Assembly (NCBI GenBank): GCA_043732185.1
Contig: JAYTHY010000123.1
Span: 1 to 21,054 of the forward strand
DNA: 21,054 nt
Direction of reading: 5' to 3'
Origin: Fibrobacteria bacterium
GTDB taxonomy: Bacteria > Fibrobacterota > Fibrobacteria > UBA11236
The number at the start of each line of letters is the position of its first letter. Position 1 is the stretch's first letter. Shown here piece after piece: positions 1 through 7,618 of the stretch. Under the pieces are notes generated by a model, which was not told the origin of the DNA, did not search any database, and saw only the letters and a list, made by a program, of their open reading frames with translations. The position numbers and the translations under genes were made by a program.

Positions 1-81
1 TCCCAGGATTGGGGATACCGCTCCCAATAGGTATCCTTACCCCTTTCCCGTCAAGAAGAATAATGTTATTCTGCTCCTACC

Positions 82-2136
82 TTGACCACTGTGAATACAG
101 CATTGTTTTTCGAAACCCTGGAAAACTTCCATGAGGCCCTTATCTGGGTTGATGCCAAGGGCGTTATCTCCGCTATAAACAAGGCGGCCTGCCGGTTATT
201 GGAAATGTCTACGACGGAGATCACGGGATTATCCGCTTTTCAAATCCGTACGGATATTTCCGCTGACCTTTGGCCCAGCTGGTGGGAAAAAATCAAAACC
301 GCAGGCAGTTTGACCGAATTGGCCACTCTGCAGGGCCAGGGCAAAAAAACCCTGAATCAATATGTGCACTCTAGCTTCATAAGGCTTTCCGATGGCGGGG
401 AATTCGTTTGCTGGAACTGCATTTCGTGGAGTCCCTTGTTGGGTCATTCCACAGTAGGTGGTGAAGCGGGCGACGTCTATCAAAAAATTTTCGAATTGAT
501 TGGTGATGCGATTTTCATTAAGGATCGACAACATCGTTTGGTAATGATGAATGCTGCGAATAGCATTGCTTTGGGCAAGCCTAAAGCCCTTTTATTTGGA
601 AAATCGGATCATGATTTATTCCCCAAGGGTGAAGCGGATGCTTTCCATGAACGGGATGAAACGGTTTTTCTAACGGGTCGGGAACTAATCAGCGAGGAAA
701 CGCTCACTGTTCCTGGCCAGGAAAAGAAATCCATTTTGACGCGCAAGCAATTGTACGTAGACCCAGGTGGAAATTCGTTTATCGTTGGAATTTTCAAGGA
801 TATTTCGGCGATTAAAAATGCTGAAGCGCAGTTGCAGCGCGCCAATGAAAGTTTGGAAGAAAAGGTGCGGGAACGCACTGCGGAGCTGGAGCTGGCCAAT
901 CAGGAAATGCAGGTGCATATCGAGCAGCTGGATTACCTAAACGAAAAGGGCCGGAATTTCGCGCGTTTACAACGCCGGGAAGATGTCTTAACCGAGATTT
1001 TCAATACGTTCGCAGGGCGATTTCCAGGATGCCCAATCCAATTGATCGAACCAGAGGGCGAAGCTTTTAAAAGCACCCAGCACTCTCGCAACATCCTCAT
1101 GCATTTGCGTCAATGCCTGGGCTTGTTGGATAGCACTCGAATACGCATGGAAAAAGAAATCGTTTTTAAATTGTTGAATTCCAACGAATCCGCAATGTTG
1201 CCGCAATATCCTGCCCACTTATGGATTCCTTTTTTTAGCGGACCCAGTTTTTTAGGGGGCATCCAAGTATTTGTGCCAGAAAATTTTGAATCCCGGCTGG
1301 CTGGCGATCTTTCCTTATTAGGCACCTTGTCCACGCAAGCTTCCGTAGCCTTGGTCAATGCCAACCATTTTCTGGAACTGGGAGAAAAGACCAGAATGGA
1401 AAGTGAATTGCAAGTGGCCAGGCAAATTCAAATGCATTACGTTCCGGAAAACCCGTCCATACCCAATTTTTCCATATCCGGCGTTTGTTTGCCTGCCTTG
1501 GAAATAGGCGGGGATTATTTGGATTATTTTCAGAATACGGATGGAGATTGGGTAATCGTCATTGCCGATGTTTGTGGTAAGGGAATCCCCGCAGCTCTGG
1601 TGATGACCAGTTTGCGTAGTTGTATGCGCTCGGAAGGTCGGCGAGTGTCTTCCTCCAAAGAACTATTAACTCTGGTAAATCGTCTTTTAACGGATGAATT
1701 GCAAAGAGAAAAATCATTCATCACGTGTCTATGCATTATCCTTTCAAAAACCGGGGATAAACTGAATTTCAGCCGGGCAGGTCATCAACCCCTGGTGACG
1801 TATGGCCGATCCGGTCAAATCCCCAAGTCTATTCCTTCCAAAGGAGTGGCTATGGGAATGTCCACGGGGGAGTATTTCAGCTCCAGGCTGGAAGAGGTGA
1901 GCCTAGCTTTACGCCCTGGCGATAGATTTTTCGCCTTCACGGACGGAGTGGATGAGGCGATGAATTCTGAGCAGCAGTCTTACGGCAAAGAAAGACTTTT
2001 TAAGGTTTTGGAAAATAACCAGGCAAAATCACCCGTCAAGTTGATACAAGACGTTTTGGCCGATATCAGTCAGCATGTGCGCGGATATAAGCAATACGAT
2101 GATATGACCTTGATAGCGCTAGAAAAAATCAGATAG
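82..2136 (+). CDS. PAS-PAS-coiled-coil-(GAF-like)-PP2C/SpoIIE serine phosphatase (RsbU/RsbP-like sensor phosphatase)
   Basis: 684-aa ORF. Two PAS-like segments (EALIWVDAKGVISAINKAACRLL; DAIFIKDRQHRLVMMNAA...GKSDHDLFP), signalling helix LEEKVRERTAELE, and the full PP2C motif set GGDYLD, IADVCGKGIPAA, RAGH, FTDGVDEA, DDMT. TTG start without clear SD, so start uncertain (GTG at 91 is an alternative). Confidence 0.92.
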   Translation: MTTVNTALFFETLENFHEALIWVDAKGVISAINKAACRLLEMSTTEITGLSAFQIRTDISADLWPSWWEKIKTAGSLTELATLQGQGKKTLNQYVHSSFIRLSDGGEFVCWNCISWSPLLGHSTVGGEAGDVYQKIFELIGDAIFIKDRQHRLVMMNAANSIALGKPKALLFGKSDHDLFPKGEADAFHERDETVFLTGRELISEETLTVPGQEKKSILTRKQLYVDPGGNSFIVGIFKDISAIKNAEAQLQRANESLEEKVRERTAELELANQEMQVHIEQLDYLNEKGRNFARLQRREDVLTEIFNTFAGRFPGCPIQLIEPEGEAFKSTQHSRNILMHLRQCLGLLDSTRIRMEKEIVFKLLNSNESAMLPQYPAHLWIPFFSGPSFLGGIQVFVPENFESRLAGDLSLLGTLSTQASVALVNANHFLELGEKTRMESELQVARQIQMHYVPENPSIPNFSISGVCLPALEIGGDYLDYFQNTDGDWVIVIADVCGKGIPAALVMTSLRSCMRSEGRRVSSSKELLTLVNRLLTDELQREKSFITCLCIILSKTGDKLNFSRAGHQPLVTYGRSGQIPKSIPSKGVAMGMSTGEYFSSRLEEVSLALRPGDRFFAFTDGVDEAMNSEQQSYGKERLFKVLENNQAKSPVKLIQDVLADISQHVRGYKQYDDMTLIALEKIR

Positions 2137-2150
2137 ACGTATAGCCCTTA

Positions 2151-2843
2151 TTATCCGGCGCTATGGGCAAGAAGACTCTCAATCCAATGCCTCAATTCGG
2201 TTTGTTCCTTAAGGGGTTCGGGCAGACGGGTTAAATCATCTAAGAGTATGGGCAAATCCTCCATAACATCTACATCATTGAGGGTTCGATGGATTTGCAA
2301 ATGGCCGAGTGGCGTTAATTTGGATCGGAACTCCGTGCCTGTAGTGGGCTGACTGTATTTTACATCGGTCCAAAGTGATAGTGGAAGGGGCCCGTTGCCT
2401 CCAAAAAGCCAAAAGCCTCCGTCTTCAGCCGGACCAAAAGAAAAACGAGTTTCATCTGACCCTGAAATCCATTCTGCCGCTGAAATAAGGTCCGTGATTT
2501 CCAATTGAGGAGTATCAGCACCAAGTAAGATGGTATGGCCGTGGGACTTTTGCAGGTCAGTATAAATTTTATGCATGCGTTGGCCTAAGCCTCCTTCTCC
2601 CTGGAAAAGGTTGGGCATGCTTTTCCAAAGGGGCGAGTGCACGCCGTCTGGTTCAGCTATTGCGAAAAAGGGTTGCATGCCCAAAATCTGCGCTGCGCGT
2701 TGCATAATTGCTGCCACGGAATAGGCGGATTCCATGTGAAAAGTGTGTGCCGCACTTTCACCTATCCCCACTGCCAATCGCGTTTTGACCGGGGAAAGGC
2801 CCGGTGTTTTTACCATGAGGGCCAAGGCCCCGTTTTTTTTCAT
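2151..2843 (-). CDS. TIGR04282/DUF2064-family transferase (CofC-like fold; 'arsenosugar biosynthesis glycosyltransferase' family)
   Basis: 230 aa with family-typical motifs MVKTPGLSPVKTRLA, QGEGGLGQRM, LGADTPQL, GPAEDGGFWL, LNDVDVMEDL. Confidence 0.88.
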   Translation of the reverse strand: MKKNGALALMVKTPGLSPVKTRLAVGIGESAAHTFHMESAYSVAAIMQRAAQILGMQPFFAIAEPDGVHSPLWKSMPNLFQGEGGLGQRMHKIYTDLQKSHGHTILLGADTPQLEITDLISAAEWISGSDETRFSFGPAEDGGFWLFGGNGPLPLSLWTDVKYSQPTTGTEFRSKLTPLGHLQIHRTLNDVDVMEDLPILLDDLTRLPEPLKEQTELRHWIESLLAHSAG

Positions 2844-2879
2844 TTAATGCAATTCCATCACGTTACGGATTTCATCGGC

Positions 2880-5066
2880 TCAAATTGAAAGAATGGAAAA
2901 AAAAGTACTCCCGAATTTTGACTGAGCGAGATAAATTCCATGCGGGATTCCGGCAATATTCCAATCGATGCTGTGAGACTCTTCTGAAATTGGAAATTCC
3001 TTCACCAGCCAGCCCTTAAGAGTACAAATACGCAATACGGAATGTCCGGCTTCAACTGGAGTCCATCCAGCAATCTGGATATGGAGAGTATGGTTGAAGG
3101 GGTTAGTTGAAAAAATTAACCGTTTGGCGCCCATAGGGCGGTCTCCGTTTAGAACACCATTGCCTTTGCCGGTCTCAATAAATCCGATATCCGGTGCCGC
3201 ACCTGCAAAGCCATCGTTTATTCCTGGTATGCGTATTCCTTTGTCGATGAGCTTGCTGCTATCGTCGAGACTGAAGTCCATATTTGTTGGGTTCACAAAC
3301 CCAGGGTCAATATTCATCCCATGCTTTTCTTGGCTGGTTGCCGTGGTGAAGGCATTGAGGGTTGTGTAATTCGCGCCGGCCCAGTTGATGAACCGGCCGG
3401 GACGGGAAGTATACAGATCATCGTAATCAAAATCCACGGGATTCTGACTGGAGGAGGATTCCAGTGCGTAATTGGTTCCCGAAAAAATATTATTCCTGGA
3501 AATGATGTTGTTCCAATTGCTGTACTGCTTGAACAGGAAGCCATCCTGGTTGGCTACGCTCGTGTAGCAGGTATTGTGATACATATACACCCAGTCGATG
3601 GTGAGGGCGGAACTCACATTGAACTTGAAGGGATAGCCGTCATACCCGCTATGGTTTTCCCAGCCGGTGAAGAGGTTTCGAAAGATATAAGTGGGGCCGA
3701 TGGCCGCCGGTGCAATGGAGACACCCGTCAGGAATTTTGAGAAGCGGTTGTTGTAAATTCGATTGTTGATTCCGGCCCCATCTGTTTCAATGCAGTCATC
3801 GTTGACGGCGTTCATGGTATTGTCGTGAAAATCTAAATTGGTGGTAGGAGCATCTTCGGAATAAAGGTGCGAGCCGTCGAACATATGATTGAAGGCGTTG
3901 AATCGGATAACATTTCCCGAATTGGAAATATTGCTGGAATAGATGACCACGCCTCCAGCTTCATAATATCCCGTGGCACTTTTCACGCCTTCCCATGGCC
4001 AGGCGTCAATGGGTCCTTCAAAGAAGCGGCAATTCTGGATGGTGTTGAAATCGGAAGCGCGTTTCAAGCCCACACCTATCACACTATGGTGCAGGTAGCA
4101 GGAGTCCACGCGGTTATAAGAGGCATTGTCCAGATAGATACCGGCGGAATAATCGCTCTGTCCGTAGTAGCAAATCTCCAGGCCCAGAAAGGTGATATAA
4201 CTTTGGCTACTGGAAATGCCGAGGGTTTTCGCGGGCACGGAAACCGTATCCGAGTTTGTCGGTGCGCTTTTCGATGGGAAGAGTACATACAGGTAGGCGC
4301 CATCAGTGAAAAAAGCGCCAGGCATATTAAATGTGTTGGCCACAAGGTCGGCGAGGGTTTGGCTGCAATAAAGATGGAGGCCATTGTAGTACGCCAAATT
4401 CAGTTTTGTGGCATAGGGTGTGCGGTAAATATGACCGGCTGCATTATACAGGGACCAAATGGGGTGGAACGAAGTGTCCCGACCATCAAGGACGGGGCGT
4501 TCGCCGGGAGCATTGCGAATGAGGATGGGGTTGTTAGCATTCCCGGAGCGGGGGAGAACAACGCTTTCATAATATCTGCCTTCATGCAATAGGATGGTAC
4601 TGCCAGGCAGCACCACTGAAACCGCATGGCCCAGGGTTTTGAAGGCTTTTTGCAAAGTGGAACCGTCATTGGTGTCCAATCCTTGCGGCGAAACGTGGAA
4701 GACCGTGGCTGTCATATTGATAAAGTTTTCCGGTCGTGTGGAAACGGAAAGAATCTGGTCAGCGGGAAATAGGGAAGAGGTTAGTTTTAAGGTATAGGAT
4801 GTGCCGGACTTGAGTGTAAAGACGCTGCCGGCAAAGCGGTCGACGCCTATCTTAGCAAGCGGGTGGGCGAGGACAAAGCTGCCGGAACCGGCGCTCTCTT
4901 TAATGGAGACGGAAATGGCACCGACGGCTACTGGAGCGCTGAAATGAACCTGTATACCAATGTTGTTATAGGTGGCCACGATTGGGGTGGAGGTAATCGT
5001 TTGGGTGTGGATCAGGCTGAACGACAGAATCACGATAATGGGAAGGACAGGTATCCGCTGGTACAT
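2880..5066 (-). CDS. Secreted right-handed parallel beta-helix protein (pectin lyase-like fold, DUF1565-type start) with N-terminal Fn3-like domain and C-terminal T9SS-like sorting domain
   Basis: Start re-picked to ATG at 5066 (GGAGG 4 nt upstream; signal peptide MYQRIPVLPIIVILSFSLIHTQ), 728 aa. Motifs FAGSVFTLKSGTSY, FHVSPQGLDTNDGS...AFKTLGHAV...GSTILLHEGRYYE, Asn-rich repeats (RIYNNRF, IFRNLF, MYHNT, SRNNIF), DDCIETDG, APDIGFIE, tail NPFN...GWLVKEF...W...GIY. Confidence 0.85.
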   Translation of the reverse strand: MYQRIPVLPIIVILSFSLIHTQTITSTPIVATYNNIGIQVHFSAPVAVGAISVSIKESAGSGSFVLAHPLAKIGVDRFAGSVFTLKSGTSYTLKLTSSLFPADQILSVSTRPENFINMTATVFHVSPQGLDTNDGSTLQKAFKTLGHAVSVVLPGSTILLHEGRYYESVVLPRSGNANNPILIRNAPGERPVLDGRDTSFHPIWSLYNAAGHIYRTPYATKLNLAYYNGLHLYCSQTLADLVANTFNMPGAFFTDGAYLYVLFPSKSAPTNSDTVSVPAKTLGISSSQSYITFLGLEICYYGQSDYSAGIYLDNASYNRVDSCYLHHSVIGVGLKRASDFNTIQNCRFFEGPIDAWPWEGVKSATGYYEAGGVVIYSSNISNSGNVIRFNAFNHMFDGSHLYSEDAPTTNLDFHDNTMNAVNDDCIETDGAGINNRIYNNRFSKFLTGVSIAPAAIGPTYIFRNLFTGWENHSGYDGYPFKFNVSSALTIDWVYMYHNTCYTSVANQDGFLFKQYSNWNNIISRNNIFSGTNYALESSSSQNPVDFDYDDLYTSRPGRFINWAGANYTTLNAFTTATSQEKHGMNIDPGFVNPTNMDFSLDDSSKLIDKGIRIPGINDGFAGAAPDIGFIETGKGNGVLNGDRPMGAKRLIFSTNPFNHTLHIQIAGWTPVEAGHSVLRICTLKGWLVKEFPISEESHSIDWNIAGIPHGIYLAQSKFGSTFFSILSI

Positions 5067-5162
5067 AACGCCTCCGATACAGGTGCTGGTAAACAAGATA
5101 TATCGGAAGTGGTATTTCCAGAGTACGTTTATCATTCAAACATCATTCATATTGGAGGCCGT

Positions 5163-6392
5163 ATGCAATTTCCGATTTTCGTCGGCATGCTTATTTGCTT
5201 AGTTTCCGCTACACAACTTCCCGCTGCCGATCCCGTACTCATTGTCGCCCAGCACAATGTACAATCACGCACGCAAAACATTGTCCCGCATATTGCCTAT
5301 CTGGAGTCCCTACCTTTCGATGGCATGACCATCAATACCCCGGAATCCTGGTCGGCGATGTCACCCAATTATTCCGTGGATTCCATCACATTTTGGAATA
5401 GTTGGCTCAAACCACTCAATGGCATTTTCAAAAAATTTAATCAAAATTATTTCGTGGTGTTTGTCGATAAGCCTGCCGATTTTTTTGACGACTGGTCCAA
5501 CGTCATTCGAAATTGGGAGTTGATAGCCGAAGGTGCGGCCAGCATCGGTTGCGTTGGCTTAAGCTTTGACAATGAAGAATACACTGGAAAATTATGGACG
5601 TACCCGGACGATGTCTCCCAAAAAACCAAAACACTGGATCAGTATCGTGCCCAGGCCGCCTTGCGTGGCAAACAAATCATGCAAGCGGTTTGCGCCAGGT
5701 TTCCCAGGGTTAAAATGCACGTCTACCATGGACCTTACGTATCCGAAGTCAAAACTCCGTTGTGGGTAACCATGGATCAGGCTGGGAGAAATTACGAGGA
5801 TTTACGCGGTGCCTTTTTTGCGGGAATGCTGGAAGGGCTTGGCGCACAGGCTAGTTTAACCGATGGGGGTGAAGTGTACTCTTACAGGACGGCAATGGAT
5901 TTTGAACGCTCTTATCAATGGAGAAAATATGGTATGGCATCGGACTCCACCAATTGTCCTTTCATTCCGCCCGCACTGCGTCCGGTATGGAAACAGAAGG
6001 TGAATATTTCCTTCGGCCTTTACAATCTAGGTTGGCCGGATACCGTAAAGAATCGTATGAATCCCTCCATCATGCGAACCACCGTGGAGCGGGCGCTTAG
6101 ACGCAGCGACGGCATGGCCTGGCTGTTTCTAGAAGGCGGTGAAACCTGGCTGCAGCCCGGGGGCATGCCGCGAGTATGGCAAGACTCCATACGCGCAGGA
6201 GTGATGGCCACTCGAGTAGTTACGGGAACTTCGCGGCGCAAGCAAATGAATCCGTATCGGTACTCTCGTTCCGCCCTGGTTTGGAATCGCTTCGGTTTTC
6301 CAAGTCTAATGGACCAGTATGGGAGATTTGTGGATTTAAATGGAAAAGTGGACATGAAAGTAAAAGCGGGAGTTCCACAATCCGATCGATAG
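5163..6392 (+). CDS. Secreted hypothetical protein, possible TIM-barrel glycoside hydrolase
   Basis: Start re-picked to ATG at 5163 (GGAGG at 5154-5158; signal peptide MQFPIFVGMLICLVSATQLPA), 409 aa. Alternating alpha/beta pattern, aromatic-rich, GLSFDNEEY resembles the D-x-E catalytic strand of GH18/GH56-like barrels; basic tail with FVDLNGK. CDS is secure, function is a guess. Confidence 0.65.
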   Translation: MQFPIFVGMLICLVSATQLPAADPVLIVAQHNVQSRTQNIVPHIAYLESLPFDGMTINTPESWSAMSPNYSVDSITFWNSWLKPLNGIFKKFNQNYFVVFVDKPADFFDDWSNVIRNWELIAEGAASIGCVGLSFDNEEYTGKLWTYPDDVSQKTKTLDQYRAQAALRGKQIMQAVCARFPRVKMHVYHGPYVSEVKTPLWVTMDQAGRNYEDLRGAFFAGMLEGLGAQASLTDGGEVYSYRTAMDFERSYQWRKYGMASDSTNCPFIPPALRPVWKQKVNISFGLYNLGWPDTVKNRMNPSIMRTTVERALRRSDGMAWLFLEGGETWLQPGGMPRVWQDSIRAGVMATRVVTGTSRRKQMNPYRYSRSALVWNRFGFPSLMDQYGRFVDLNGKVDMKVKAGVPQSDR

Positions 6393-6396
6393 TGCG

Positions 6397-6418
6397 TTTG
6401 ATGGGTGTTCCATTCAAA
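6397..6418. terminator. Weak hairpin between convergent genes (possible terminator)
   Basis: TTTGATGG-GTGTT-CCATTCAAA (one bulge) fills the 28-bp gap between stops at 6392 and 6421; AT-rich stem and no good U-tract. Confidence 0.25.
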
Positions 6419-6420
6419 AA

Positions 6421-7377
6421 TTATGGACGCGAAGTCTCTCCACCGCAACTGGAGCCCGCTCCAGCCGTGCATCCGAAACAATGGTTTGCTACTCGTATAG
6501 ATCGGGAAAGAAATCCTGTCTGGGAAAACTCTGAGATATGCGATACCGGTTCCGATTTCATTTCGAGCATTTGATTGAAATCGCAGTCGTATATTGAACC
6601 GTCATATCCTACGGAAATTTGTTGGCGGCACATTAATCCATTCAATGTGGCTGGATTGAATGCATCAACCAGTAGATCCATATACTCCTGAAATTTTCCG
6701 CGTCGAATTAATGTTTCCAGAAAGCGGTTTATGGGCATGTTATTGATGCAATAAAGATTATGGAATTCAATTCCATAAAGGCCCTTGAGTTTAATTTTAA
6801 ACTCGGATTCCAATTGGGATTGCGAGGCACTTAAATAAAATCCGTTGGGATTATAGACTAGATTGAGCGGCAATCTTTTTCCATACCCCAAGGCATTCAG
6901 CTTTTGCAAGGCTTTGATGGACGCTGAAAAAACACCATTTCCACGTTGCTTGTTGGTCGTAGCTTCGGAAAAATGAGGAAGCGAAGCAGTAATTTCCACT
7001 TTATGTTCGCTCAGAAACGAATAAAGAAAGGCGAATTCCGGTTCCTCAAGTATGGTCAAGTTGCAACGGTCGATGACATGCTTGCCGAGGGCACGGCATT
7101 CCTGAACGAGATATTTAAAAAGCGGATGCATTTCCGGAGCCCCGCCGGTAATGTCTACAACCTCAATACCAGCTGTTTCCCGGATAACCTTCAAACAAGC
7201 GTTCATGGTTTCTAGGGACATGCTTTCCGTTCTTGCGGGAGAGGCGTCAACGTGACAGTGCACGCAAGCTTGGTTGCATTTTTTGCCGATATTTATCTGG
7301 AAAGTGCGCAAAGCAATGGGGGAAAGAGCACCCAAATCCAAAACTTTGGTACGAAAAGCCTGGGCTTCCATTTCCAT
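6421..7377 (-). CDS. arsS: Radical SAM/Cys-rich protein of the ArsS family (TIGR04167, DUF3641 C-terminus)
   Basis: 318 aa. QINIGKKCNQACVHCHVDASP (CxxxCxxC), VDITGGAPEM, IDRCNLTIL, LNLVYNP, NNMPINRF, LMCRQQISVGYDGSIYDCDFNQML and terminal HCFGCTAGAGSSCGG. Confidence 0.92.
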   Translation of the reverse strand: MEMEAQAFRTKVLDLGALSPIALRTFQINIGKKCNQACVHCHVDASPARTESMSLETMNACLKVIRETAGIEVVDITGGAPEMHPLFKYLVQECRALGKHVIDRCNLTILEEPEFAFLYSFLSEHKVEITASLPHFSEATTNKQRGNGVFSASIKALQKLNALGYGKRLPLNLVYNPNGFYLSASQSQLESEFKIKLKGLYGIEFHNLYCINNMPINRFLETLIRRGKFQEYMDLLVDAFNPATLNGLMCRQQISVGYDGSIYDCDFNQMLEMKSEPVSHISEFSQTGFLSRSIRVANHCFGCTAGAGSSCGGETSRP

Positions 7378-7618
7378 CCGTGTCTTTCTTGGAAAAAATT
7401 TGCCTCAGCAGTGAGAACATGAACCTGCTATGAGTCGTTTCTCACTTGGTAGGCGTTTTGGATTTTTGAGACAATTCCAGGGTCTTAAAGGTTAAAAGTA
7501 ACAATTCGTGCACCGCCGAAAAAGGTGGCCTTTCTTTGGTGATATTATTTCTTTATAGGTATGGAGGAATCTCATCGCTGGTTCTTGGACTTGAGTCCTT
7601 TTATCGTGGGTATGCATA

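Noticed and set aside
8..36. Overlapping stems ATTGGG/CCCAAT and GGATACC/GGTATCC (pseudoknot or switch)
   Set aside because: Short stems, loops too small for a pseudoknot, and context truncated by the window edge.
3321..4592. Long + strand ORFs (139 and 241 aa)
   Set aside because: Antisense shadows of the beta-helix gene; no motifs.
5067..5135. Upstream start of the beta-helix ORF
   Set aside because: ATG 5066 has GGAGG and begins a proper signal peptide.
4863..5162. 100-codon N-terminal extension of the + strand ORF overlapping the beta-helix gene
   Set aside because: SD and signal peptide point to ATG 5163; the extension is antisense to a real gene.
7378..7410. In-frame TGA nine codons upstream of arsS as possible selenocysteine extension
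   Set aside because: No in-frame start codon upstream before the next stop and no family-like sequence.
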